Source: a virus
Direction: 5' to 3' (one strand)
Length of the DNA: 64,000 bases
IMG/VR virus record: IMGVR_UViG_3300025732_000020
Coordinates: 71,408-135,407 of that record
Under the pieces are notes generated by a model that made no database searches, had not been told where the DNA came from, and saw only the letters and a program-made list of their open reading frames with translations. Positions 39,801 to 48,532 of this stretch are shown one piece after another. Every line of letters starts with the position of its first letter. The first letter of the stretch is position 1. The translations under genes and the position numbers were made by a program.

Positions 39801-41795
39801 ATCTATTTTGACAATAGTGATATAACTCCATTCAACGAGATTAATCCCCCAAGCGCTGATAATGCAGCCTTTGGTCAGTTTTCTTATACTAAAGAAAAAT
39901 CAGACGGAACTTTTGTACATGCTGGAGGAACTTCTTTTGTAAATAGACGTAGAATTTATGTCTCTGGATTTGATGAAGCGGGTAACTCAATCTTATATGC
40001 TGGAGAGATAAAACTACCTAGTGCTAAGTCTCCTGGATATTCTCAATTAGACTCTAGATCTAAAGTATTTTTCTGGGATTCTCTGGAAGGGTCTTGGTAT
40101 TTTGCAGTGGATACTTCACAGATTGTGGAGGAAACCAATGACGATGATGGAGACGGCTTCCTACTTAAGAAGTTTGATTTTGCATTTAAATATGTCATTG
40201 CTCCAGGCACAGCTCCTAATCAAACTGTGGCTGAAATTCCATATATTTTTGATAGGACATCTATTAAGATTATCAGAGGTGTTGACTCTAGGACTAATGA
40301 TGAAAGGGTATATAGAGCAGTATTGTCTGGATTTGATAAAAAAATTGGTATCAGAAGACCACAACCATACTACATTCTTGAAAAGCAAGTAACTGAAAAA
40401 GGTTATCCTTTAAACCGTGGAGATTTAATTGATGATCCTTTAACGATTACCCAGGTTATCTCATATAATGATGTATTCCGTCCTGGAGTACCTAAGGATA
40501 AACTAGTACTTGATGTTGATAAGTATATCACTTATATTACAACAGGATCTACTGCTAGGGACGTATTCGCTGGGGGAGTATTTCCAGATATTGACCTCGA
40601 TGAGCCAGAATTAACTCAAGATCCCGCTAATTCAATTACTAGAATTGCTTTAGAAAAGTTAAAGGATAGGCCAGGAGTTGAGTTCGACGGTAATAGGTCG
40701 ATTGCTCCTAGCACAGAAAGGATTCTGTTAAGAGATTCACTTTCCTCAAGTGAAGAAGGAATTCTAATTGGACTTCGTCGTCCTTCAGTTATTAGAGCAT
40801 CTGGCCACACGTGGGAATGGACAGGATATCTTAATTATGATACTGCTTTCCCAACCTTCCAAGGTGACCCCTTGGAGCAGGATTTCGCCCTTGGTAAAAT
40901 TATCGTTGAGGATAATGGTGGTAGAGTATATGCCACAGGTATGAATGAGGAAGGCAGTTATTATATTGGTACTACGGTCTTCGATCTTCGCTCCGGTGAG
41001 CAATATGCTATTCCTCTAAAGGCAGATAATGAGCCTGGAAATATCACAAACCAGGTACTTAATAATGTAATCATTAAGAATACCGTCTTAATGAACGATA
41101 AGAGTAAAATCCTTTTCCAAGGATCTGGGGAAATTCTCATTTCTAAAGATACTGAAATTAACTCAACTACTGGATTTATAGACTCTTCTCACAAAGCATA
41201 TGCATCTACTACTAAGGCCGGATTTGTTCAATTAGCCAAGAGTGAAGAGATTGCTGGCGCTAGAGGCCTTAGAGGCTTATCTGGTATTTCTGACAGAGTA
41301 GTTGTATCTGCTCTACAACTTGCCCAAGAACTTGATACTAGACTTTCAGGATTCGTTCAAGGAGGTACTGGAGTAACTGTAGGAATTACGCCTAATGCTG
41401 GGGACCCAGATGATCCAGAAGATGATTTCAATCAGTACACTATTTCTATTGGCCAACCTGTAGAAACGAATTCTGATGTAGTATTTAATAGTGTAACAGC
41501 TGCTCAAGATATTTGCGCTTTCTCTGATATCAGGTTAAAGCAAAACGTTATTTCGATTGATGGTTCATTAGCAAAGATTGAAGGTCTTCGTGGCGTATCT
41601 TATGAGCTTAAAAATGACCCAGGTGTTCCTCACCTCGGCCTGATTGCTCAAGAGGTGAAAGAAGTTGTCCCTGAGGTAGTTCTACATGACTCGGCTTCTG
41701 ATATGTACAAAGTATCATATCAGTCTCTCATCCCGGTCCTCATTGAGGCTGTTAAAGAACTCTCTGAAAGAGTCAAGAAACTGGAAGGTAAGTGA
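36807..41795 (+). CDS. Long tail fibre / receptor-binding protein with C-terminal intramolecular chaperone (peptidase S74)
   Basis: FSDIRLKQNV...LGLIAQEV...VSYQSLIPVLIEAVKEL; cyanomyovirus-type IYVDP...PFRSIERALIEA and GGLIVPRG...DLRKVRVRPMYVP; gp34-like DTSNGSLIVSLPSSP and AGFVQLA. Confidence 0.85.
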   Translation: MLDKIQFQNGTIVTKEYLNETQKGTSFSAETSRSNFYSEPTNSEHAEWAIGQRDSLKDWEVADPREDNETAIGRLAHDGIVLKSYDPVTGAKVWGPPTLIETSVGSGVYGVWVEAGSIVLSDGLPISWSVQFVQLVSGLTTNYLYISEEEARKNIEDGESVKISIGSNLPSVSNPHIPLAKLVLNADGTSLATNEDGDYVGAGYTDLRPSLYIGNLNTYPKILRNTEIKEDSYIAKSWERVIADTSNGSLIVSLPSSPTDSDRIAIVDISGTFDRYPVVIRPGDGTKINGSIDDWIVNIRDSHLELFYHDATSEWKFEETPGGDCNPVLGTFLSCGGKEFIGQRLATECPDGQVVPVTFPNTPDGIYRYEASTQKCYKEYYEKVAIYANGEGGLIPINDAPRCLKDTSGVVTAATVKNIIYVDPATGEDSLSNNGFDSNKPFRSIERALIEAVRESRRAGQYNDRYDRVMIELAPGDYYVDNSPGTSSVPALSTGSNYVQRVDTGFEVLQSSKEDRALKIQIDSLNATSTQPPNAINLGRIIYSESGGVGNIVKIEKTDFNSSIWSITLEYVSGSFLVNDKIYYDNLSIINPSSGGLIVPRGISIDGVDLRKVRVRPMYVPELTPTTTEPQRKKTAIFKVTGGTYISLLTFTDNPQYARSHNTVVSVTFASEAEIKGSGDEVSYYTKLNSLFNTLDGWGGQGLEALNAETTIVAPIPQSKNLRQTDEEENQTGLPFSDSRDNSPVSYPGPTKLYRDDSSSSRPFDLPDINSTRSSSPYVFNCSVRSIFGLSGMWADGALVSGFKSMVTANFTQVSLQTDPNCYNEEAYYLDPPTNKQTGSGKTYRVSPNDTFKYRHWGFRGSNDATIQIVSCFVIGNADHFIADSGADLSITNSCSDFGDVSLRGIGYKDKSFSQDEGVSGVGDYRGTRLLEIIPPLPLKYACKKDQETDPVLNNCFADRPATIVDTEINTGLIINYGRTKKWVEENAVGFKAPAEIRIYFDNSDITPFNEINPPSADNAAFGQFSYTKEKSDGTFVHAGGTSFVNRRRIYVSGFDEAGNSILYAGEIKLPSAKSPGYSQLDSRSKVFFWDSLEGSWYFAVDTSQIVEETNDDDGDGFLLKKFDFAFKYVIAPGTAPNQTVAEIPYIFDRTSIKIIRGVDSRTNDERVYRAVLSGFDKKIGIRRPQPYYILEKQVTEKGYPLNRGDLIDDPLTITQVISYNDVFRPGVPKDKLVLDVDKYITYITTGSTARDVFAGGVFPDIDLDEPELTQDPANSITRIALEKLKDRPGVEFDGNRSIAPSTERILLRDSLSSSEEGILIGLRRPSVIRASGHTWEWTGYLNYDTAFPTFQGDPLEQDFALGKIIVEDNGGRVYATGMNEEGSYYIGTTVFDLRSGEQYAIPLKADNEPGNITNQVLNNVIIKNTVLMNDKSKILFQGSGEILISKDTEINSTTGFIDSSHKAYASTTKAGFVQLAKSEEIAGARGLRGLSGISDRVVVSALQLAQELDTRLSGFVQGGTGVTVGITPNAGDPDDPEDDFNQYTISIGQPVETNSDVVFNSVTAAQDICAFSDIRLKQNVISIDGSLAKIEGLRGVSYELKNDPGVPHLGLIAQEVKEVVPEVVLHDSASDMYKVSYQSLIPVLIEAVKELSERVKKLEGK

Positions 41796-41798
41796 TCT

Positions 41799-43925
41799 AT
41801 GGCAGAAGGAATAAGATTTAAATCGAATGGAGAAATTGTAGTAGAAGCTGGGTATCAGTATGTAAAAGGCAAATTAGACATTTGGTGGAATGATAATGCA
41901 AATGACTGGGGTATTGCGTTAAATAGTCTGTCTTTTTCCGATGCAAATGGTACCGTTTCATGGCAAAGAGGAGGCTCTGAGAGTGGTTCTACTGATAGAA
42001 GCTTTAAATTATTAGGAGATCCTAACTCAAATACCATCTATTCTGTAAGTTATACCTCTAAGGATTGTCCTCTTAGACTTAATAAGGAGAGCGATTCCAA
42101 GTTATCATTTTATGATGATGATGGTACTGACAATAATGCTACAGTAACACTTAGTACTACTGAACCAAAAAAATTCGATTCTACCACCACTCCCCCGACG
42201 GATGGCGGAACACCACCGCCGCCGCCGCCGGTCACAGTAGATTGTAGCCCTGGTCCTTGGTCTGAGTCTGTTCCACCTACCTGTGGTAGCCCGCCCCCAG
42301 GGGTATCGACTCCTGGCGGATTACAAATTACAGCAGCTGGGAGTGAAATTACTCTAAATCTTAAAAATTATGCCAATAAGTTGGTTACTCTTAAAGTAAC
42401 TCACCAAGTTGGCGAGGGGACTGCATGGACTCAAGGATTTAGTTTTAATATCCCAAATTGCTCAGATATTAGTCCTGATCCTGGAGGCCTCCCTTACTCC
42501 AAGCAGCCATATTCAAATCCAAATATTTCTGGAACAAATATTATTTATATCTATAATGTAGATGGCGGAGACTACGATTACAAGTTTACTTGCAGTTCAG
42601 TTCCCGGCCCAGCACCTTGGCGCCAACTCTACACTCAGAAATGCGATCCCTCATGTGATGAAAATGGAGAAAACTGTTCGACATATTGCTATTGTGTAGA
42701 AGCAGGCATAGAAACTTTTTCACCATGGCCTTATTGTACGGTTGGGGTGGCTATTTCTAAAAATGGCGGTAATAAAGTCCAATGGCAATATGAAGATGGT
42801 GGCGGGGGCGATTACAATGACCAGTATATTACTGTTGAAGTAGTTGAAGTAAGAAATACGGTTGAAAGTACTGGTCCAATTTGCTCTTCTGTTATTAGAA
42901 GTAATGTATGGGTACCTGATACAGCTGATAGTTCAGCTGATGGGAAATGTATTAGTGATTATAAGGACCATTCTGAAAAAGTTAGGTTTAGAATTCCTTC
43001 ACTCAAAGCATCTAAATTATCAATCACTCCTCCTGTTTGCTACTCATCATTCAGAGGAATATCAGGTGCACTTAGACCAGAGGATGACTTAGGAGTAGTT
43101 AGCCCAGACTACTCAGTTTTACATTTAATGGACGAAAACTCTAGAAGAACAACATCTTTAGTCACTGACTCTGATATCACCGTTGAGGTTTTAAAAGAAG
43201 ATGATACTTATATCAGTCCCTATGGCGAATCTAATCCAAGTTCAAATACAAATCTAGGGACTACAGATAGAAAGCACTATTTAGTTACTTTTAATGATGG
43301 GACAGAGATCATTGGCGATAACGCGAATAACATCACTATTTCTGTAGGTCAAGGCGTAACAGCCGATGGATTAAATACGCCTCCAGTTGTGTTCAAACAA
43401 GAAAAAGTAGCTGGAACAGTTAATAGTTTACGTGTATGGTTTTATATTAATTACGAACAAAATGCGCAACAAACAGATGATTTAGTTCACATCTTCGATG
43501 ATGAAACTAATACCACAAGCAGTTCCAGTATATTATCGGATGAAGGAGTTACGATTGTCCCACAGGCTGTAAATGATCCAGGTAATGAAGTTGAAGGATA
43601 TAGTACATTAAGCGCAACTAATAAAAAACATTATTTAGTAACGTTTAGTGACTCAACCATTGTCAATGCGGATGCTTCGAATATTTCGTTTGAAATAAAT
43701 CAGAATCTAACAGCTTCTGGGGATACCTATAAAATCTCTTTAGTTAAAAGAGAAAGAATTGATGATAAAAACATGAGAGTATGGTTTACATCATATAATA
43801 GTTCTAAGCCGGCCGGTTTGGAAATTGATAACACATTTGTTAGAGACTTCTCTGTAGCTAGAACTAAAAAAATTAACTTCTCCGGTAACGCGTTTACTAG
43901 AAGCTGGTATTTATCCACAATATAA
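41799..43925 (+). CDS. Pro/Cys-rich virion-associated protein with an internal duplication
   Basis: Poly-Pro linker at 42213-42230; EDGGGGDYND acidic motif; two ~115 aa units each containing KHYLVTF and RVWF. Confidence 0.5.
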   Translation: MAEGIRFKSNGEIVVEAGYQYVKGKLDIWWNDNANDWGIALNSLSFSDANGTVSWQRGGSESGSTDRSFKLLGDPNSNTIYSVSYTSKDCPLRLNKESDSKLSFYDDDGTDNNATVTLSTTEPKKFDSTTTPPTDGGTPPPPPPVTVDCSPGPWSESVPPTCGSPPPGVSTPGGLQITAAGSEITLNLKNYANKLVTLKVTHQVGEGTAWTQGFSFNIPNCSDISPDPGGLPYSKQPYSNPNISGTNIIYIYNVDGGDYDYKFTCSSVPGPAPWRQLYTQKCDPSCDENGENCSTYCYCVEAGIETFSPWPYCTVGVAISKNGGNKVQWQYEDGGGGDYNDQYITVEVVEVRNTVESTGPICSSVIRSNVWVPDTADSSADGKCISDYKDHSEKVRFRIPSLKASKLSITPPVCYSSFRGISGALRPEDDLGVVSPDYSVLHLMDENSRRTTSLVTDSDITVEVLKEDDTYISPYGESNPSSNTNLGTTDRKHYLVTFNDGTEIIGDNANNITISVGQGVTADGLNTPPVVFKQEKVAGTVNSLRVWFYINYEQNAQQTDDLVHIFDDETNTTSSSSILSDEGVTIVPQAVNDPGNEVEGYSTLSATNKKHYLVTFSDSTIVNADASNISFEINQNLTASGDTYKISLVKRERIDDKNMRVWFTSYNSSKPAGLEIDNTFVRDFSVARTKKINFSGNAFTRSWYLSTI

Positions 43926-44239
43926 TGATTACATCGATCTCCTCCTCTGGGCGTAAAGCCCGACCACCTAAATGGTGGGGAGGGTTAGTTGAAAAAATCC
44001 CTCAGATTTATTTGCCTTGGCTCAGACCAAAAGTCTGGACACCAGAACTAGCCAATAAATGGGTCAATACTATCCCATCTAAGTGCCCATTTGAAAGACA
44101 ATGGTGGGTGGGGGACAGACTGGTACTTTTCATCCCAGCTCTCTGTTCCCTCAATCCCTTCTCTACTCAACTCTACTCCCTCCGCCTTGAGGCTCAGACC
44201 TATCTAGTTCACTGTGAGTCGGATAAAAAATCAGTTTAA
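43925..44239 (+). CDS. Mo-dependent nitrogenase C-terminal family (Mo-nitro_C)-like small protein
   Basis: IPSKCPFER...IPALCSLNPFSTQLYSLRLEAQTYL matches the recalled cyanobacterial pattern IPxxCPFERD...IPPLCKLNPLYxQLxxLR. Confidence 0.8.
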   Translation: MITSISSSGRKARPPKWWGGLVEKIPQIYLPWLRPKVWTPELANKWVNTIPSKCPFERQWWVGDRLVLFIPALCSLNPFSTQLYSLRLEAQTYLVHCESDKKSV

Positions 44240-44347
44240 AGAAATGTAACAGGCGCTCCCTCTGGCGAGTGTCTGTGATAGAATATCCAAGTGAGCAAAG
44301 AGAGATCTTTCCTCCAAGAGACCATTACACTAAGAGAATTAATTAAC

Positions 44348-45277
44348 ATGGCAACTTTCAACATTACGACCATTGACCTGAGCACCAATGCTCCTCAACT
44401 TGCTCCGCTCTCTGGCCGTGAGTATAATGCTGACTATACTCAGCTTCCTAACGCAAACCTCCCTAAGGCTATGCGTAAGGAACTCGATACTGTCTTCCAG
44501 TTTCTGACCGGTCAAGAACTCCCTCTTGATGAGAACACCTTCCTCATCAAAGCCCGCGATGGCGTGTACTTCCGTCTCTTCGGCCCCGTCCTTAAGGTTG
44601 GTGCTGACGGCGTCGAGGGTACTGAGACTGGTAAACTTTACGTTCAATGGGGTCCCCGCTTCATCCCCGTTGAGATCGCAAAGGGCGGTTTCATGACTGC
44701 CGATGGTCGTGAGATGGAAGCCGAGTTTGGCTCCTTTAACTTCTCTGGCCGAGGCGAAGACCCCTGCCTCTTCATCTCTGTTGATACCGAAGATGGCCAA
44801 ACTGTCCTCCCTGTAGCAGTACGTTTCAGTGACTGGGAAAATCCCACTGAACCCAAAGCCCTCAACGCTCTTCTTAAGAAAAAGCCCGAGGATGTTGTGG
44901 CTCTACTCCAACCCGTAACTGCAAAAGGTGCTGCTTCCGGTCCTCGCATTGAAGCCGATGAAGAAGTCGATTTCCGTGAGCTGGATGTAAATACTCCCTA
45001 CTCGGTTGTCGGCTACTACCCCTGTAAGACTTCTTATGGTCTGACCTATCGTATTCTGATTGATAACCTCCCTGAAGAGGGTAAGGTTTCTGGCGCATGG
45101 GCACATAGCTCCATCCGTCCTCTCTTGGCTACCAAGCCCGAGATCAATCGCGAAAAGCCCGCTACCCTCACTCTGCGTAGTAAAGAAGAACTCGATTCGG
45201 GTAAGATTCGTATCCGCTCCACCCTTCTGTTGGCTCAACAAGAGGCTGATGAGTCTGCACTTAACCTTAATTTCTGA
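44348..45277 (+). CDS. Hypothetical early protein, possible single-stranded DNA-binding protein
   Basis: ATG at 44348; TGATAGAAT at 44276-44284; C/T-ending codon bias; beta-rich C-terminal half; acidic tail ending in Phe (QQEADESALNLNF). Confidence 0.4.
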   Translation: MATFNITTIDLSTNAPQLAPLSGREYNADYTQLPNANLPKAMRKELDTVFQFLTGQELPLDENTFLIKARDGVYFRLFGPVLKVGADGVEGTETGKLYVQWGPRFIPVEIAKGGFMTADGREMEAEFGSFNFSGRGEDPCLFISVDTEDGQTVLPVAVRFSDWENPTEPKALNALLKKKPEDVVALLQPVTAKGAASGPRIEADEEVDFRELDVNTPYSVVGYYPCKTSYGLTYRILIDNLPEEGKVSGAWAHSSIRPLLATKPEINREKPATLTLRSKEELDSGKIRIRSTLLLAQQEADESALNLNF

Positions 45278-45299
45278 TCTATTAAGAGATTGAAATACT

Positions 45300-45331
45300 G
45301 CCCTAGAGGATTAACCTCCCTCTGGGGCTTT
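45300..45331 (+). terminator. Hairpin / probable terminator
   Basis: GCCCTAGAGG-attaacctc-CCTCTGGGGC followed by TTT, downstream of the stop at 45277. Confidence 0.5.
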
Positions 45332-45364
45332 ATAGTTTAAAGACATATTACCACTAGGTTTATT

Positions 45365-45892
45365 ATGGATAATGAGTTAAGAGTACCAGATGGCTGGGGA
45401 GTGGCAGAATATGCCGAGCCTGGTAAAGACACCGGTAAAACAAATAAAAATGTTGAGTTAGTCTCGCCTGGTCCACAGTCTGGCGAAGATGATTACCATT
45501 CCCAATATGTCGATCCAGAAGGGAAATTCGGTGCTGCTAAAACAGAAAGAGGATCTTCTGACCATTGCTCCTATGGCGGAGAAGAGGCTAATCAACAAGA
45601 ACCTGAAGGTTCCCAACCTTATGACGTAGGTCAACTCCATCTAGAAGATAAAGAGGTAGTTGTTGAGGATGGTAGACAGAGAGGTTACCACTACTACCTC
45701 GTGACCCATCCCGACGAGGAGTACTTCTATTCCGTGATTCCCAAACTCCGTGGCAACAAGGAGACCTATAAGAGTCCTCGTAAATCAACCCGTAAAGAGG
45801 CCCTAGAAGCTGCCTATAAGGTTCTTAATGTAACTCTTCCCGCTTCTATTTCAGATCAGATGCATTACGTGTATCCCGAGTCAGAAATCTGA
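45365..45892 (+). CDS. Hypothetical acidic protein
   Basis: 175 aa ORF; GTTTAAAG 22 nt upstream of the ATG. Confidence 0.6.
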   Translation: MDNELRVPDGWGVAEYAEPGKDTGKTNKNVELVSPGPQSGEDDYHSQYVDPEGKFGAAKTERGSSDHCSYGGEEANQQEPEGSQPYDVGQLHLEDKEVVVEDGRQRGYHYYLVTHPDEEYFYSVIPKLRGNKETYKSPRKSTRKEALEAAYKVLNVTLPASISDQMHYVYPESEI

Positions 45893-45933
45893 TATAATAA
45901 AATTCTTTTTCAATCTCACTCAAACCGCCAATC

Positions 45934-46929
45934 ATGTCCAGTATCCTAGAGCACAATAAAATGATCTTCAAGAAGGACTCTGGGTTTGATTTCCCAGAAT
46001 TCTATGACTACTATGAGCGGACCGTGGCTAGTGTCTGGAGGCATCAAGAAGTTGCCATGGAATCAGACCTTCGTGACTGGCAATTTAACTCCACGCCTGA
46101 TGAGCGGGCTGTGATCGCTGGGATTCTTAAAGGGTTCGTTAGTGCTGAGCTAGGTATTGGGTGTTATTGGGCTGATGAGGTATGCCGCATCTTCCCTAAA
46201 CCTGAGATCCAGGCAATGGCTAAAGCATTCTCTTTCTTTGAGACAATCCATGCTGCCGCCTACTCCTACCTCAATGATGTCCTCGGCCTCAAGGAGTATG
46301 AGGAGTTCATCAACGATCCTGTCGCCTGCTCAAAGATCGATACATTTTTTTCCAAGTATCCAGACAAGGTGTCCCTTGCTGTTTTCTCTGGAGCAGGAGA
46401 AGGCGTAAGTCTATTTAGTTCATTTGCTGTGCTCCTCAGCTTCAATAAAGATGGCCGGTACAAAGGTCTTGCCCAGATCATCTCATGGAGCGCTATCGAT
46501 GAGCAGACTCACTCTGAGGCAGGTTGCCAACTCTTCAAGAGACTCGTGGAGGAAACCGGACTTTCCGACGCTGACCGTCAGGCGATCTATGAAGGTTTCC
46601 AACTCGTAGTTGACAAAGAATCGTCCTTTATTGACCATATTTTTAATTCAGCAAATATCTCCTCAATCGATGCTGAGGAGTTGAAAGCTTATATTAAGAA
46701 CAGAGCAAACGAACGCCTACTTCTCCTCGGCCTTGACCAGATGTTCAAACTAACCACCGAAGAACTTACAAAGGCAAAATCAATTTCCTCTTGGTTTGAT
46801 CCGATGGTCAAAGGGGCAAGTAGTACGGACTTCTTTGCTGCTTCTAAAGATGGTGCTAACTACGTTGCCAAAGTCTCTCAAGATTTTATGGCTGTAGATC
46901 TTTCCGCCTTGGACCTCGTTCTTGCCTAA
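45934..46929 (+). CDS. nrdB: Ribonucleotide reductase class I beta subunit
   Basis: ETIHAAAY (radical Tyr), GAGEGVSLFSSFAVL, IDEQTH di-metal ligands, DFFA near the C-terminus. Confidence 0.95.
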   Translation: MSSILEHNKMIFKKDSGFDFPEFYDYYERTVASVWRHQEVAMESDLRDWQFNSTPDERAVIAGILKGFVSAELGIGCYWADEVCRIFPKPEIQAMAKAFSFFETIHAAAYSYLNDVLGLKEYEEFINDPVACSKIDTFFSKYPDKVSLAVFSGAGEGVSLFSSFAVLLSFNKDGRYKGLAQIISWSAIDEQTHSEAGCQLFKRLVEETGLSDADRQAIYEGFQLVVDKESSFIDHIFNSANISSIDAEELKAYIKNRANERLLLLGLDQMFKLTTEELTKAKSISSWFDPMVKGASSTDFFAASKDGANYVAKVSQDFMAVDLSALDLVLA

Positions 46930-46932
46930 CAG

Positions 46933-47088
46933 ATGATCAAAGAACCAATCTGCATTAAAGGCCACTGGGTAGTTGAGCTATCTGACGGTTATCAGATCAA
47001 ATTCAATGATGGTGAAACTGCCCAAGATTTTTATCTACTAAACAAAGCTAGAGAAGAACAAACTCATGGCAATACATCCGAATCCTGA
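46933..47088 (+). CDS. Small hypothetical protein (51 aa; absent from the ORF track)
   Basis: ATG 3 nt after the nrdB stop; MIKEPICIKGHWVVELSDGYQIKFNDGETAQDFY...; fills the gap before 47066. Confidence 0.55.
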   Translation: MIKEPICIKGHWVVELSDGYQIKFNDGETAQDFYLLNKAREEQTHGNTSES

Positions 47089-47272
47089 TAGAAGTGACGT
47101 CTTGATGGCGAGGGATCATGGCACAATGTGCCTTATCACTGACCCTAAAGCCGACAAGTATCTTCGCAGAACCAGAACGTCCAAAGTAACCACTCCACCA
47201 GAAGACAGATACTCCCGCCCATGTGGTGGTAAGGGCGGTTTTGATGATTATTGCGAAAGGATGGCGGAATAA
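47066..47272 (+). CDS. Small hypothetical protein (cyanophage-type)
   Basis: ARDHGTMCLITDP and SRPCGGKGGFDD resemble small cyanophage proteins from memory; TAATG coupling to the next gene. Confidence 0.55.
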   Translation: MAIHPNPDRSDVLMARDHGTMCLITDPKADKYLRRTRTSKVTTPPEDRYSRPCGGKGGFDDYCERMAE

Positions 47273-48012
47273 TGTACCATTTTGTGTATCTTTCTTTTGA
47301 AGATTCAAAAGGTGGAAGAAATTATATAGGTAAAAGAAGTTGCTTAAACCCCTATGACAATTATTTAGGGTCTTTTTCAGACACGTCTTTTAATCCAACA
47401 AATAAAATTATCCTATCCTATTATAAGACCGCTGAAGAAGCAATAAAAGGAGAGATTCAATGGCAAAGAGTTTTTAGAGTAAAAGATGATTCAAATTTTG
47501 CTAATCAGGTATATCAGACCGATGTAAAATTTGATTGTACTGGCAGAAAACATAGCGAAAAAACTAAATTAAAAATGTCTATCTCTCAAAGAGAATGCCA
47601 AAATAGGCATGATGTTAAAATTAAAAAAAGTGAAAATATAAGAAAAGCGTTAAAGAATGAAGAGATAAAATTAAATCACTCATCTCAGATGAAGAGAATA
47701 GGAAAACAAAAGGAGTCTCAACTTAAAAAGTCTATCTCTTTAAAGAAATTGAATGGTGCAGTCCATTCACGTAATGAATGGAAAGTAAGACAAAGTATTT
47801 CTCAGGTGAAAAGTCAAAATGATCCTGTTACAAAAGAATTAAAATCTAGAAGAATAAAAGAGGCAATGCAAAGTGAGCAAGTAAAAGATAAACTAAGAAG
47901 TAGAAAAAATCCTCAAAAGGGAAAGATATGGGTAAATGACGGATGCAATTCTTTAATGGTTTTTCCAAATGAGGTACCTGAAGGATATAAGAGAGGGAGG
48001 TCTAAAAAATGA
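47272..48012 (+). CDS. GIY-YIG (Seg-like) homing endonuclease
   Basis: HFVY...NYIGKR...YLGS at the N-terminus; NUMOD3-like GRKHSEKTKLKMS; AT-rich; ATG at 47272. Confidence 0.8.
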   Translation: MYHFVYLSFEDSKGGRNYIGKRSCLNPYDNYLGSFSDTSFNPTNKIILSYYKTAEEAIKGEIQWQRVFRVKDDSNFANQVYQTDVKFDCTGRKHSEKTKLKMSISQRECQNRHDVKIKKSENIRKALKNEEIKLNHSSQMKRIGKQKESQLKKSISLKKLNGAVHSRNEWKVRQSISQVKSQNDPVTKELKSRRIKEAMQSEQVKDKLRSRKNPQKGKIWVNDGCNSLMVFPNEVPEGYKRGRSKK

Positions 48013-48431
48013 GAGATGGCATGAATAATTTTCGTACCCCTGATGGGTGGAGGGTTAGAGGAAGGGAACAAGGAGGAAGAGATTTTTCTGACTCAAAAGA
48101 AGTCTGGAAGCAATGGCGTAGTTCCCCTTACGAGGTAAGTAATACTGGAAAGGTAAGAAGAAAGGGAAGTAACGAGGTCCGTAAACCAAGAGACGATGAC
48201 CGCAAACACCAGAGAGTGAATCTCACCTGGGATGGAAATAGAGAAGAACCACCTTTACACCAGATGGTTATGGAACTTTTTGGTCCTCCTAAGCCCAAGG
48301 GTGAACATATAGTCATCTTACATAAAGATAATGATGGGACTAATAATGCCATCTCAAATCTCAAATGGGGAACTAGGTCGGAGAACGTCCAACAAGCCCA
48401 CGATGATGGACTGATTAAAAAGTCAAAATAA
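48009..48431 (+). CDS. NUMOD4-HNH homing endonuclease
   Basis: EVWKQW...YEVSNTGKVR (NUMOD4), LHQMVMELF, LHKDNDGTNNAISNLKWGTRSEN (HNH). Confidence 0.88.
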   Translation: MRDGMNNFRTPDGWRVRGREQGGRDFSDSKEVWKQWRSSPYEVSNTGKVRRKGSNEVRKPRDDDRKHQRVNLTWDGNREEPPLHQMVMELFGPPKPKGEHIVILHKDNDGTNNAISNLKWGTRSENVQQAHDDGLIKKSK

Positions 48432-48532
48432 AAACTCAATAACAACCTAACCTAACAACCTAGTAACATTACCGTTACTGTTGGGTTAGTTTGCTATGCT
48501 CCATGATAAAATAAACTACCAACTCTGATAAA

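Noticed and set aside
43925-44239. Nitrogen-fixation function
   Set aside because: The family name is historical; there are no nifHDK motifs in the window
47066-47272. CP12 (because of the FDDYC motif)
   Set aside because: It lacks the CP12 C-terminal C-x8-C...YD/E pattern and the AWD.VEEL core; only a short chance resemblance
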